DNA of 64,000 nt, from positions 82,274,001-82,338,000 of the forward strand of contig OZ024747.1 of the NCBI GenBank assembly GCA_964016885.1, given 5' to 3'. A program made the position numbers and the translations under genes. Origin of the DNA: Eledone cirrhosa. Lineage: Eukaryota. The stretch's first letter is position 1; each line of letters starts with the position of its first letter. The notes under the pieces were generated by a model, which was not told where the DNA came from, did no database searches, and worked only from the letters and a program-made list of their open reading frames with translations. Positions 1-15,468 of the stretch are shown in pieces.

Positions 1-27
1 TATTACATATGTCATTACTACAACAGA

Positions 28-101
28 GGTCCGACGAGCTTTGATTCCAGAGACGGGCCAGATCGAACCTTGAGCTGATCAATAACGAAACGCACGTCGC
101 C
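28..101 (+). ncRNA. Degenerate type I hammerhead candidate (U4C core, long stem II)
   Basis: GGT-CCGACGA-gctttgat...atcaataac-GAAA-CGCACG-TC-GCC, followed by AATAAA; stems are weak. Confidence 0.35.
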
Positions 102-142
102 AACCAATAAACGTAATAAAGGTTTAACTAATCGTCCTTGTA

Positions 143-648
<506 letters not shown>

Positions 649-789
649 TATATATATATATACAGGTACATGAGTTTCTGTGATAAATGCACTCCACATG
701 CAATAAGTTAAAAAAAGTTATTTTTGTAGAGTTAATAGGTTTTCTAATTGACGTACAATGCCAACAATTTGCCGGAAGAGAAAATCAAG

Positions 790-1190
790 GAAGTCGACCT
801 CAGTACATTACTGGTACTTTATTTCATCACCCGTAAGACTGAAAGGTAATGCTAACTTCGGCGGGATTTGAACTAAGAATTTAAAGAGCCGTATCCACAT
901 GCTACGAAGCAGGTTTTCTGAAGCTCTACCGATTCTGCCAATGCACTACGCTGATTTGAAAAATCTGTTAAATAGTATATGTTAATAATTGTTTCTATTT
1001 TAGGCACAAGGCCAGCAATTTGGGGAGAGGGGAAAGTCGATTAAATCGACTGGTGCTTTATTTTATCGACCCCGTAAGGATGAAAGGCAAAGTTAACCTC
1101 GGTGGGTTTTGAACTCAGACCGTAAATGGTAAAGAACCGTAACTCAATGCTGCAAAGCATGGTCTCAACGTTCTAACGCTAATGTTAACT
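790..1190 (-). mobile_element. Two diverged SINE A copies
   Basis: Reverse-complement matches (GAAAGGCAAAGTTAACCTCGG...TTTGAACTCAG). Confidence 0.7.
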
Positions 1191-1924
1191 TGGAAATTCT
1201 TATAATTTTCTCGGCCCACCAGGGTAGTTTTGATAAGCTGGTAACCTCAGCGAAACTTGGTAATAAGCCACCAAATTACATGTCGTTAATACATACATAT
1301 CATTGCTGGGAAGCAACAGTAATATCACACACACACACACACACACGCTCACACACACACAATCACACACCCACACGCGCGCGCGCACATATACGCACAC
1401 ACACACATACACATACACACACACACAAACACACGCACATACACAAACACGCACACACACACGCACACACAAACAAAGCAACAGTAATATCACACACACG
1501 CACGCATACACACACAAAGGAACATATGATATTTAGATTCAACAAAACAAACAATTTTAAAAAAAAACAAATTATTTAAATGTATCTAAAACAAAACAAA
1601 CAAAAACAACAAAAAATACCATTAAGAACATAACAAAGACTCTCCTCTCCCTTACTATTCAATGTTTAGGATTTGTGGATTGCTTAAATGTGAGATTGTC
1701 AGATGATTGTGTTTGGTCATATTTCCTTTAAAATCGATGATTTAGTTACTGCTAACTGCGATATATATCATTTTTATTCGTGTAGATTCCAAGGAAGTAT
1801 TAGAAAGGAAGCTGGCTGCAATTAATGAATCTATTAGATTATTCAGAGATGCCGTTTTTTTTTATGTTTTCTAATGTGCATCTTAAACACATATCTGAAT
1901 CTGGAGATATAATTTTGCGGTAAG

Positions 1925-2046
<122 letters not shown>

Positions 2047-2066
2047 TTATATACATTTATATATGC

Positions 2067-2176
<110 letters not shown>

Positions 2177-2210
2177 GTATATTTATATATATATATATAT
2201 ATGTATATAT

Positions 2211-2276
<66 letters not shown>

Positions 2277-2356
2277 ATATTTATAATAAGGAGTTATATG
2301 TATATTTATATATATTTTTATATATATATTTGAATATGTATATATATATATATATA

Positions 2357-2391
<35 letters not shown>

Positions 2392-2424
2392 ATATGAATA
2401 TGTATATGTATATGTATATATAAA

Positions 2425-2455
<31 letters not shown>

Positions 2456-2744
2456 GTATATATATAGAGAGAGACAGAGCGAGAGAGGGGGGGAGAGAAA
2501 GAGGAAGAGAGGTTTATATGTATATATATATGTGCAAAATGATGTGCACACATATGTGTGAACAAGTGTGCACATATACATACCTTACACTTACACACAC
2601 ACACATATACACACACACATTTATATACATATGTGTGTGTGTGTATTTGCGTGAATACTGTTCATACACGGATTATCTGTGTAATTATGAGTGTTGAAGA
2701 CTATATATTATGCGTATAACAAAAGAGAGAGAGAGAGGGGAGAT

Positions 2745-2827
<83 letters not shown>

Positions 2828-3480
2828 GTGCAAAGTCATGATAAAATTAAGTTTTCTGCAGTCAAACATTTGTTTCATAAATTTGCCAAGATGAGACTCA
2901 ATTTAAATTTGATGGCCAACGCATTGTATTACTAATTTCCTTCTCACTCCAACAACACTGACATCACATGCCTCTCACGCCTACACATACACAAATATAC
3001 AGACATATATACACAAACGCATACACATATATGCATACATAGATGAACGCGTGCACAAATGCACAAACATAGATACACACACACACACAAACATAGATAC
3101 ACACACACACGCACACATATACACATACTGATACATATCGATATACTCGGCTATAAAATGTGAATATATACTCAGATATCAATATATTCGTGCTGTATCA
3201 CGTCTACATTCACGTGTGCACAGAGACATATATAATCACAAATGTATAAGCGTATAAATTACTGATATATATACACATACAGATACAATTACACACATAC
3301 AGATATATATATACACATCATACAAATATATATATATACAGGTATATATACACATACAGATATATATATATAGATATAGATATATTTATATATATACGGT
3401 ATTCCGGGTTGAATCGGAGGTAACCACAGTAAGTAAGGTACTCAATATATTGCAGAGTATAAAAGTTTTAATATAGATGA

Positions 3481-3527
3481 GCTTCTACAGGACTAGAACT
3501 GTTTCATTCTTTAGAAATCATCAGGAA
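3481..3527 (-). ncRNA. Type I hammerhead ribozyme, 5' stem I truncated by (TA)n
   Basis: Minus strand TTC-CTGATGA-TTTCTAAAGAAT-GAAA-CAG-ttctagtc-CTG-TA-GAAGC; canonical core, GUA triplet; paralog at 46792. Confidence 0.7.
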
Positions 3528-3580
3528 TATATATATATATTTATATATTTATATATATATATATATATATATGTGTGGGT

Positions 3581-3698
<118 letters not shown>

Positions 3699-3710
3699 GT
3701 GTGTGTATAT

Positions 3711-3792
<82 letters not shown>

Positions 3793-3796
3793 CATG

Positions 3797-4024
3797 CAGA
3801 TGTGCAACGAAAGAACTTTGATAAACTATATATATGTGTTTGTGTCTATATTGTATCTGTATTATTTTTGACCGTTGGTCAGTCAATGGCAACATTGAGG
3901 ACCGAATAAATTAGATTAACCGATATAAAAGACACAGAAGCGAAAAGCGAAAACCAACCAAACAGTGAGTGTGTTCTGTTATTAATTCTGGCAATATTAC
4001 ACAAATATGACTCTCCCCAAGTAT

Positions 4025-4030
<6 letters not shown>
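3797..4030. mobile_element. Dispersed non-coding repeat embedded in (TA)n, probable Penelope-like pLTR fragment
   Basis: Near-identical to 45752-45985; diverged homolog on the opposite strand at about 23570-23780. Confidence 0.6.
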
Positions 4031-4076
<46 letters not shown>

Positions 4077-4124
4077 CATGTATATATATTATACATGTAT
4101 AAATTACACATATACACATACACA

Positions 4125-4213
<89 letters not shown>

Positions 4214-4778
4214 GTTTCAAACATGCACTCATACACACACATACACGCACACATACGCACACATATATCATAACCAAACTCTAACAAACGCAGAACGCAC
4301 ACATACAATTGTGTGGGAAGATATGTATACATAAATATGTAGGCATACATAAATAAACTGCAACTTACGCATAAACAGGAAGGCAGACGGCGCTCTCATG
4401 TCTGCTGGCTACAAATATTTATGAATGAACTTCACTCCAGCCGTAATTATAAAGTGAACTTGAGCCAAGTTTTATAATGAAGCAACAAAAATTTAATCTA
4501 CGAAAGCAAGATCTTTACAATGTCAGAATCATCATCAGCTCTATCATTAATATTAATAGTGGTAGTCTAACGTTCCTGTGTACGTGCGCGTGTGTTTTCC
4601 TGTACGTATACCCAGTCACAAAAATACATACATATATGCTTTGACCGTATTTTTAGACTAAAGATAGTGGGGTTTATAACCCTCGGCGAAATGGAAAAAG
4701 ATGAATGTTGCCGTAATCATAACGTAATCCTCGGTGAAGTTCAGCGTTAGACATTACATGATATGGCTATCCCTTTGA

Positions 4779-4850
<72 letters not shown>

Positions 4851-5107
4851 TTAGTTATACTATTTATGGTTATGTAAATACAAAACCTTATGCAGTTATA
4901 AGTATTTTACACACACCCTAAATAGTGGTAGGCATTAATGTATTACTACCTTATTACCAGTAAGTTAAGTAGCTCAATGTAAAAACATCAGATGATTTAC
5001 AGAGCAGTTATATGAAATATAAGAATCAAAGAATCAATGTTTGAATATGTATCGGTATGTCTCTCGGCTGAAAAGGAGGTCATATAACTGTCCATGCATT
5101 AATAAAT

Positions 5108-5154
5108 TGCTCCGAAGAATCCAAACCTCGGTTTGGAGGAAACAGCTGTAAGCA
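5108..5154 (+). ncRNA. Minimal type I hammerhead with U4C core
   Basis: TGCT-CCGAAGA-aTCCAAACCtcGGTTTGGAg-GAAA-CAGCTG-TA-AGCA: stem I 4 bp, stem II 8 bp, palindromic stem III, GUA triplet, then AATAA. Confidence 0.7.
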
Positions 5155-5185
5155 CAATAATGTTTTGAACAGTTCTTTGATTCTT

Positions 5186-5307
<122 letters not shown>

Positions 5308-5599
5308 CTGTTTATGTCCTATAACTTAACGGTTTGACATATAATGATTGATATATTATGTACCAGATCTTAAAATATATATAATTAACAAAATTTCTCC
5401 AAGGTGGTGCTTTAGTTTGACCACAGCCTAATAAATACAACGAGTCATGCAATGAAACATTTGTAATAGTACGTCAATTATAAAATTTCCTCCTTAATAA
5501 ACGGATATCACGTATCAGAAGTAAGAAATATTTGTTTGATGTATTGAGGCATTTTTAAAGATTTACTTGCATCTAGCATTCCAATAAAGACACTAAAGT

Positions 5600-5960
5600 G
5601 CAAGAGCTTATGAGAAGGGAAAAAGTTAAAATAGAGAGGAAATAATTCAAGGTGAGAGAACATGACGATTGATGTTGCTTTAAAATGTGTGCTAGATGTG
5701 CGTGGCAGGAAACTACCAGAATAGAATTTACTATTACATTTAGGAACTTCAACGGTAAAAGGGATGAGGCCCTGTCGCTCATCTGGTGCCCTATTTAAAC
5801 TCATCCAGATGAGACAGGAAAGAGGAAAGCTCATCAGAACAATTTCCATGAAAATATTTACAGACCAAACATAGAGAGGCAACATCTCAACTATGTGATA
5901 GAGATTGAAGCTGACATGATAAGTCAGAACCAATAATGTTGACGATTCTTCTTTGAAGAA
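5600..5960 (-). mobile_element. Decayed CR1/Jockey-group LINE 3' fragment
   Basis: Translation FTVEVPKCNSKFYSGSFLPRT resembles the CR1-type C-terminal SFFPRT motif; frameshifted. Confidence 0.5.
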
Positions 5961-6905
5961 AAGGAGATGAGATGTTTTAAATATTTGGTGCCATTTCATA
6001 TATAGTCGAGATAAACGTTTAAATTGATTCTTCGGTAACGATAAATTAAGTATGATATTTATAGATACCAATACTGTCGTCAGTATAAAACTACTTAAAA
6101 CGTAGCATTTGTTTTGGAAATGAAGAAATTGTTTCTATTTGGGGACATAAAACAAGTGTTGTAGTGGTGAATTCTTCTCACATTTAATCATCAATATAAC
6201 TTAAAGAACTTCATATATATTAATATCCTTTTAGAAAATACTTCTTTGAACTAGCTTGTATATCATCTCCACATAGGCTACATTAAGATACCCATCTCTT
6301 TGCTTTTCATTACGACAAACTTGTCAATTCTTCCCGTCTGACGGGGAGTTCTCCCATCCTTTTGGGGTGAGAGATATCTTCTCTTGTGAAAATGGGTATA
6401 GCTTTCTTTATGTAAAATCTCCCCATTTTGCCTAATTTCTCCCCGTTTTGGGGCACTTTTTGGCTGGTCTGCATTACCCACACAGTGTTTCTCCTCCAAG
6501 TTTCGTATTAATTATTTTCTCAATCATGTCTTCCTTGAATGTCAATGGTTTATAATTTCCTTCCTGCCCACGTTTCTGGTGCAGCTATCGACTTACAGAT
6601 GTTCAAACTAAACATCAACCGTATCAACCTCAGCAGTCTTGAAGGACCTCTGAAGGTTATGGGCGTTGCTCGTTCTTTTTGACTAAATTAAAAAAAAATA
6701 CATTGACGATTCTCCTTCAAGTTTTTTTCTTCATAACTGTAAGTGCTTTCTCTCTACGTTAGACATTATTAGTTTTAAACTATCGATGCTACTCAAAGGC
6801 AAAATGATCAATACCAATTAATAAATAATTGGAACTATATTTTTGCTGGACAACACATCGACGTTTGAATCGAATTTATCAATGACCAATTAATTTAACT
6901 GCTTA

Positions 6906-6937
<32 letters not shown>

Positions 6938-7530
6938 TGCACTTACATTGTCGTCTAGACATACTCTCTCTTCTATTTACATCAAGTTGGCTGTGAAAAG
7001 ACGTATAGCGAAGAAACATCAAATGAAATCGATATATCTTGCCTTAGATATCGATCGAAAAAGAACGCCTGCAAAAACCAAAATAGATAAAGAAAACTAG
7101 TGTGAGGACTAGTTCAATAATACGCCAAGTGCCTCTTACCACTGTAAGTGAGAAAAAGTCAATTTATCAATTTGTGATCTTTACAGAGAAAGCCAAATAT
7201 AAAGCTTTCAAAACATTTTAATTGTTAGATGTAAGCAAGCGCCTATCGGCACCAGTTGAGCTCGACCACATATACCACCATTAGTTACCAGTTACAACTT
7301 ACAAGAGAATGTCTCGTCACCAATTAGCTACTAATTGCTGGCGACAAGTTCCTAAGTTATATTCAACCAATAGTTTAATATTGTTAATCGATTCAATTTA
7401 CCGCCATGTTTTACACGACTTCAAACACTACAAGTAAAATGTAAACACAAATACGAAGTCAAATTAAACTAAATATTATGAACAATGAGAAATATTCATT
7501 ATAAATTATTTTGTACTAGAGTGTGACAGA

Positions 7531-7645
<115 letters not shown>

Positions 7646-9932
7646 CGAGAAGCCATAAATAAAGTAAATAAGGAAAGAGAGAGAGAGAGTTGGTGAGAGA
7701 AACAGAGAGAGGGAAATGAAAAGAAACAGAGTGAGAGGAAGAGAAACACAGAGAGAGAGAGAGAGTGATAGAGAGAGATAAAGGGAGAGAAATAGTGAGA
7801 GATTGAGAAGAAGGAAGGAGAAAGAGACTTATCAATAAGCTGGCATGAAAATGAGCTTGCCACAATTGACAACGTTTTGTTATTTTCTCCCAGACCATAG
7901 CATTTCTGGCACGATCCCCATTTCTACATTTAAATAGATTTTGGAATATTGTGTAACATTTCAAGATGTCAGATCAGTTTGTGGACATGAAACAGTAAAT
8001 AAGTAATCAAGAACGTTAGTAGTTCTCATCTTTATTTGTTATCTAGATGCACATTGATTTCCCTTTTTAGAATATTGCCCTATCTTTTAAACCCAGATGG
8101 ACAAAAGACTTAAATTAGCAATGTTTGTGCGGTTAGCTATAAAAAAATCACTTATCGAAAGATACTACCATAAATAAAGATTCTATATTTCTATCTGTTG
8201 AGAATTCAAAGACAAAGAAAGAAAATGAAAAGAAGATGCAGAATGTACGAAATAAACCTTACGTTGTATACAATCTGGCTCTTAGTGGTAGACTAGCGAT
8301 ATACAAAACCACCATAGAATCGATGGAATGACCTTTCTATATAACTACAGTTACTACTTCTATGTCGGTTCGGACAGAGTTAAATGTTGGATAGACAGTA
8401 ACTAAAATGAAATACTTTCCTTGCCAAACAGTTTCATGATTGTTGAAGCTTACACCTCCTTTCTTCACAAACAAATAAATGAGCCTTAGCATTTCGTTCC
8501 TTTGTAAGAAATTTTTACCAATAGCGCTTCAAATCTTTTTTCCAAATTTGTTAATAAATGCATGGAATACTCTGAGTAAACGCCACTGATTATGGATAAC
8601 AAAAAGCGAAACACTCGTGTCTTGTGTTCATAACGGCTACTCAGGTAATTATGACATGATCACAACTTAAAACATCCATAACGATATATATATATGGTTA
8701 TTATACATAACCCTATCGTATATTCCTTCATACACCCCGCTAAAGGTTACTCTATTATACTCTAGTATTGAGTATGCATTTCTTTGTTATTAATGAAAGT
8801 GTAGCTATGTGTATGTTTGCATATATATATATTCTCTACCCACACGAAAACATTTTTCTCACTATTTAACATATTAGTATACACTCTGCTTTCCTTTGGG
8901 TTGGTATCTTAATGATAATGGTTTCTTATATAAGCACAAGGCCATCAATTTTGGGGGAGGGGAATGGCTTAATTAAAGTATTGAGTGAGTAGGAAAACTA
9001 TCGAAGTTACATCGGTCATATCCGATGATTTCGTTCCAGTATATATATATATATATGCAAGGGGATGCTGTCCCTTGTTTTACTAAATAAAATGTTGACT
9101 ATGCTAACCAACGCAAGTTTCTTTGGACTGTATTTTCCTGTGATTACATTTAATTCTCAATGATAACCACCTCCCTTTTATTATTTGGTATTACTTTGTT
9201 GACAATATATTTATTAATATATAGTCTTTCGTATCAATCGCATGCTATATCATCCTTTTCCCACAGGTTATTGATTAGTGCAAATAGCTCGAATTTTTTT
9301 CTGTTTGAAGAAAAGACAAAAGTGAACTCTTCTCACGAAATAGCAGGAAAAAGAAAGTGATACGTTATGCAATTGATACGAATTATTATATTAATGACAA
9401 GAAGCAATTTAAATCACATGCTGAATCAGTAATTCACCATCAAAGATGTTCGTCTTCATTTCAGACAATGAACAGCGTCGACTGATGTTTGGGAACGAGA
9501 CTTGACTGCATGGTACAATGATTAAAGTTTCATCCTTTGGCAGAGTCGTTATGACGTCGGGTACGATGCTTTACGGTATTCGTCCCACCTTATTGCGCAC
9601 TCTGAATTCAAATCCCACCGGGGTCGACTTTGCCTTTCATCCGTTCGAGATCGATAAAAATGTACCAGTTGAGTACTGGGGTCGATTCTTCCTCTATAGA
9701 AAAAATCAGCTGTGTTTAGTCCTGGAGAGGGTTGGGCTCCGCCAGGTTTAAAAAGTGCCCTAGACACGCCGTTTGACGGTGCCTCTACGACTCCACAAGA
9801 AGTTATGGGATCTTTATCCTTATCCTATATTTATTACTGTTACTGTAATACTGCTGCTGCATATCTTGGCGTGCTTGTTCATAAATATTAACATTTCTAT
9901 AGTTATTTATGAGATGTGACTAATGTTCAGGT

Positions 9933-10233
9933 CAGAGGTCGGAGACCTGTGGCTCTTTAGTCTATCTTGAGTGGTGGTTCAGCACTCTAATGTTTTTTAT
10001 TTCATTAAATCTGCAAATTTATATTAAAACAAACGTCCCAATTTATGGCACAGAAATTTAAGCAATTCCAGATTAAATTCAAAGTCACAAATCGCATTGA
10101 ATAAGAAAGAATTTAGCTAAATTTATATTTTCTTGTGTGTATTTTTGTTTATAATAAATTATGCGGCTCCAATAGTCTAAAATTATTTTTAGCTAAAAAT
10201 GGCTCTTCTGGTTGAAAACATTCCCCCCTCCCT
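9933..10233. mobile_element. Degenerate hAT/Charlie-like MITE
   Basis: Left end CAGAGGTCGGAGACCT, right end ...CCCCTCCCTG, internal GGCTC subterminal motifs; TSD not clean. Confidence 0.4.
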
Positions 10234-10649
10234 GGTTTATATTAAAGCACGTGCTAATATCAATGTTATTGTAGATGTTTTTGCTTATATTGTTGTGGTT
10301 TTTGTTTAGTCACATGTCTCGATAGAATGAGTTCCAGGCATAACTTAGATGTCTCTTTTTTATACATGAGACTAAATTATGTAATGTTTCGCTATGTATG
10401 AAAATAGGCTGGTTTTCAAGACTTGGTCGCTAGAAGACATGTGAGCAGTGATGGATATAGCTATCGATATTTCTGTCAGAGGCTGCATGTAAAATCAGCA
10501 ATACAAATAGTATTTATGATCCTAGAAGATTACCGGGCTTGCGTACGATAGACTTCTGCAGCTCACATTCAAAGGCCCTGCTTGTGGATGGTTCTCTTGC
10601 TGAAGCTGTATATGTTAATGTTGTTCTTTTTATTCTTTCACTCCATAAG

Positions 10650-11012
10650 CGGGTGGTTGGCAGAGTTGTTAGAACGTCGAACAATGCTTAGCAGTATTTA
10701 GTTCCGTATCTTTACGTTCTGAATTCAAATCCTGCCGAAACCAATTTTACCTTTCATCCTTCTGTGATCGATATAACCGACTTTTCCCTGCCTTCAATTT
10801 CTGGCTTTATGTCTACGTTAGAAATCATTGTGAATTGGCAGTATCGGTAGAGGGTCGGACATGCTTTCCAGCATAGTTACGTCCCTTTACAGTCTGAGTT
10901 CAAATCCCGCCGAGGTTAACTTTGCCTTTCATCATTACGAAGTCGATAAAATAAAGTACCAGTAATGTACTGTGTAATTGCTGGCCTTGTGCCAAAAGTA
11001 GAAACAATTATT
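10650..11012 (+). mobile_element. Two head-to-tail SINE A copies (first old, second young)
   Basis: Matches family A consensus. Confidence 0.8.
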
Positions 11013-11220
11013 TATCTGCGTGTCAAACCTAAATGAGAAGACACGTGGTCAAAGACGTTCCAGACATAGCTAACACGTTCATCTTTTAAAGGTATTGTAT
11101 TTAGGGCTATATTAACCAGTGTTCTCCTCCCTGTATAAGATGATATGCGATGAAGATTCAACTGTTATTTTTCAAACAGCTGAACGACCTCGATAAGGTT
11201 TCGCTGCATTTGTTCCTCTT

Positions 11221-11412
11221 AATAATTGTTTCTACTTTTGGCACAAGGCCAGCAATTATCCCAGTGCATTACTGGTACTTTATTTTATCGACTTCGTAAG
11301 GATGAAAGGCAAAATTAACCTCGGCGGAATTTGAACTCAGACCGTAAAGGGCCGTAACTCTATGCTGCAAAATATGACATCCAACCCTCTACCGATACTG
11401 CCAATCCACCGA
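11221..11412 (-). mobile_element. SINE A
   Basis: Full-length reverse-complement match. Confidence 0.85.
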
Positions 11413-13182
11413 CTCTCTTAATAATGATCATGTTCCTATGTTTATTGATATTATTGATGCTGTTTATTATTGATATTGATTTTTTTCTTACTAATATTAT
11501 AATTTGTTTATTTATTTTGGTTCATATTACTGATGATGATGATGTTGACTTTGTTTACGTTGTTATTGTTGCTAGTGTTTGGTAGTTGTTTGTTTTATTG
11601 GTGCTGTTGCTGTTGTTGCTGTTGTTTGTTGTTGTTGCTTGTTTTATTGGTGTTGTTGTTGCTGTTGTTGTTGTTGTTGTTGTTGCTGCTATTGTTGTTG
11701 TTGCTGCTGTTGTTGTTGTTATGTCTTCATGTTGCTACTGTTATCGATGTCGATACAGTTGATGTTACTCATCTCGTTTATTCTATTGTTCTTATTATGA
11801 TCTTTCGGCTTTAATCGTACTATTGTTTCGGTTTTTGGTGAGGTTGGTTTGGAAGGGTGGGCAAGTTTAGAGGTAGATGGGGGCGATAGAGAAATGGAGG
11901 GGTTTGTTGTTTATTTCTATAGTTTTTCTTGATGTTTCTCAAAGTCTGATGCAGAGGAAACAAAGATAAAATACGAAAAACAACAAAAACACTGTTGTTC
12001 TGGAAGCTTTGCAATCTCTAGTCGGATGTTTCGCTGGTAGAAATTCAAATCCCACTGATGTCAATTTTGTTGATCATTCATTAGTAATCGATAGAATTTA
12101 TGTCAGTAATGTTCTTCATTTCATTTAACGATATAAAAAAAAAACTTTGACCTTGTACCTTCTCAAAAGGTGAGCAAACGAAGTGGTCTTTGGGCAGTTG
12201 TCAATCTGCTAGAAACAACAGTCAAGCCCCATCCCCCAATAACACAGGACACTCTTCAAAAAGAGAGGATACAATGGATAATGTAATCCCAGAGAGATTG
12301 TCTACCAAAATAAAAGATATAATATGATGGTATGGTCATGGTTGGAATGTCTTTGATCATAGGATCACCTGATAAAGCTGACCTAGGGCTAAATAACTAT
12401 AACAACATATTAGAAATGTATTTTTTTAAATTATTTTTGATTATCATAATCATCGCCACAACAATCATCATCATCATCTTCATCACTATAACATCGTAAT
12501 GTTTTTTATACTCTGCCTCTTCTATTTTCCCGTATTTCTCCATCATCACTGCCACCACTAACAGCTCCCCCTCCCCTTCAACTTTCTCCTCCCTCAGTTC
12601 TTGTCTTTCTTATTACTCTTTCGTCCCTGCATTCTTCTTTCTGTTTCTCTCTTTCTTCTCACACTCCTCTTCCCCCACCTTTTGCTCTCTTTCATTATCC
12701 CCACCCTTCCCTATCCAGCTTCTCACTTGCCAACTTCTCCTCCTCCTCCTCCTCTTCCTCGTCCTCCTACTCCTCCCCCTCCTATTCTATCTAATCCAGT
12801 CCTCCTACATTCCCTAGTTTTTGTTTACTTCTCCTCTGCCTTCTTCACCCCTCCTCCCCTCCCCTCCTCCCCTCCTCCCCCTCCTCCTACTCCTGTAGTA
12901 AAACAAATGCCAATCTTAAGCTGCCGAAAAGCTTAAACAATTTATCGACCATCATCAGGATTCATTTATCACTTATTGAGCTGATCAGGTTACTGGCACT
13001 GACTATAAACGTAGTGTGGTGTGTGTTGCGGTGAGGGGCAGAGAATTATTCAGAGCTACAGGGAACAGGGACAAAAAAAAAAGGGAAGGTGAAACGAAGA
13101 AAGAAAGAAAGAATGAAGAAAATAAAATACTTAGGAATATTTTAGTGATGATTATGACGATGCCAAATATTATTATTAGTTT

Positions 13183-13492
13183 GCGGTGAATTGGCAGTAT
13201 CGGTAGAGGGTCAGACATGCTTTCCAGCATAGTTACGTCTCTTTACGATATGAGTTCAAATCCCGCCGAGGTTAACTTTGCCTTTCATCCTTACGAGGTC
13301 GATAAAATAAAGTACCAGTAATGTACTGGGTTATTGCTAACCTGTGCCAAAAGTAGAAACAATTATTAGTTTTCATAACAATAATTGTTTCTACTTTCTG
13401 GCACAATGTCAGCAATTACCCCAGTGTATTACTGGTACTTTTATTCTATCGACCCCGTAAGGATGAAAGGCAAAGTAAACCTCAGCGGGATT
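13183..13492. mobile_element. Tail-to-tail SINE A pair (+ 13183-13368, - 13380-13492)
   Basis: Family A motifs on both strands, about 12 bp apart. Confidence 0.8.
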
Positions 13493-13782
13493 TAGGGTGT
13501 AGAACTGACGAAGAAAATGAGATAAATGGAACAAAGAGGAGGAGGAAGAGGCGGCAGCGGGGGGGGGGGGGGGGCTTCTTATTACGTGTTTCTGTGAAAA
13601 ATAAATATTTGCTATAACTCCCTATCATTTGATCTAAACCACAGGGATGTGATGTTCACCGGTCAGAGAATTGTATATGTTGGTGTGGTAATAATGTATA
13701 TATATATATATATATATATATATGTAGGAGGTGAGTTTTATTGTAGTACAATAAAGCAATGCAGATATCGGATATCGGTTCC

Positions 13783-14143
13783 CAACCTCTCTATATTAAA
13801 ACAATATATCTTTTTCTCAGTTATAAAAACTATCTCTTTCTCTCTATCACCCATCTCTCCCTCTCCACCTTCACTCTCATCTCCTCCCCCCTTTTTTTCA
13901 TCCTTTCCACCCCCCCCTCCCTCCCTAAATAAAATATTTTTCCTCGCACATATCCTCCCTTCGTTAATTTTCAAAATTTTTAATTTATACAGTATCTTCC
14001 AACGGTTTTCAACCTCTCTATGTAAAAAATATATTTCCTCTCAGTTATAAAAACTATCTCTTTCTCTCTATCACCCATCTCTCCCTCTCATCTCCTCCCC
14101 TTTCATCCTTTCCCCCTCCCCTCTCTAAATAAAATATTTTTCC
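13783..14143. repeat. Imperfect direct duplication, about 227-bp period, pyrimidine-rich
   Basis: CTCAGTTATAAAAACTATCTCTTTCTCTCTATCACCCATCTCTCCCTCTC...AAATAAAATATTTTTCC occurs twice. Confidence 0.8.
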
Positions 14144-14337
14144 CAATATCACACATCAATCTAAAACCATTTTTCATATGTTGATTTAAAACTGCACTAT
14201 CCACAAGTGTTTTTTAGCCTTCATATCATGTTCTCCTGTTTTATCTGATGAAAACACAAATATTATTGCTTGATGATGTTTGTTTTTGAAATGCGCATAA
14301 TAAAATATATGGAACTCCTTTAACCATCTTTTGATCT

Positions 14338-14446
<109 letters not shown>

Positions 14447-14924
14447 CAGTGTGAGTGGTGTGTGTTTGAAATGCAATCAGCCTTGAGTACAGAATTAGGT
14501 CATATGACGTCACGTGATTAATTTTCAGTAAAATAAATTGCTAATGATTGATAGCAATTAGTGTGACAAGGGTTTCTGCTAAAGGTAAAGGGAGGGAGGG
14601 GGCAACGAGATGATATTGATAGTGATTAGTGCTAAGTGATAAATGTGACTGGGTGGTGAGGGTAATAGTAACAAATGATGGGAAGAGAAATGTAATGGTA
14701 ATCTGGTGGTGATGATGATGATGGTGATAATGATGGTGATGGGATGGTTGTAGTGGTGATAGGAGGGAGGGAGATCTGATTTCAGGCAATTGCATAGAGT
14801 TATAAGAAGTAGATAAACGAGAAACCATTCCGAAGAGTGTCAGATTCAATCGAAACACATTGGAAGTAGGCCAAAATTTGAAACAAATACACATTATAAT
14901 AATAAAAACATTATACTAATAATA

Positions 14925-15085
14925 ATAATAATTGTTTCTACTTTAGGCACAAGGCCAACAATTTTGGAGAAGGGAAAGTCGATTAAATCGAAACTAGTGT
15001 ATTACTGGTACTTTATTTTATCGACCCCGTAGGGATGAAAGGCAAAGTTGACCTCAACGGGGCTTAACCAGGGGAGAGTCTTGTA

Positions 15086-15128
<43 letters not shown>

Positions 15129-15424
15129 TAAAGTCTGTCTTAAGCCATAAGGCTCGTTAGTGGGTGCTTATGCCAGTTTCATGGTGTGAGGTGACTCTAA
15201 GTACAAGACTCTCCCCTGGTTAAGCCCCGTCGAGGTCAACTTTGCCTTTCTTCCTTACGGAGTCGATAAAATAAAGTACCAGTAATGCACTGGTTAATTG
15301 CTGGCCTTGTGCTCGAAGTAGAAACAATTATAATTATTATTATTATTATTAAAAGTTACAGCCCTATACGGTCTGAGTTCAAATCTCGCCGGGGTTAGCT
15401 TTGCGTTTCATCCTTACGGGGTCG

Positions 15425-15425
<1 letters not shown>
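14925..15425. mobile_element. Cluster of chimeric/truncated SINE A copies forming an inverted repeat around (TA)n
   Basis: GGGGCTTAACCAGGGGAGAGTCTTGTACTTA (about 15059-15089) is the reverse complement of 15198-15228, and each arm is fused to a SINE A 3' half. Confidence 0.7.

Positions 15426-15468
<43 letters not shown>

Noticed and set aside
6278-6499. 73-aa ORF with partial similarity to the ORF at 49662-49904
   Set aside because: The similarity is a shared 75-bp dispersed repeat (about 6384-6461 / 49852-49928), not a conserved protein.
12601-12936. Proline-rich 111-aa ORF resembling formin/extensin
   Set aside because: Derived from a (CCT)n/C-rich low-complexity tract.
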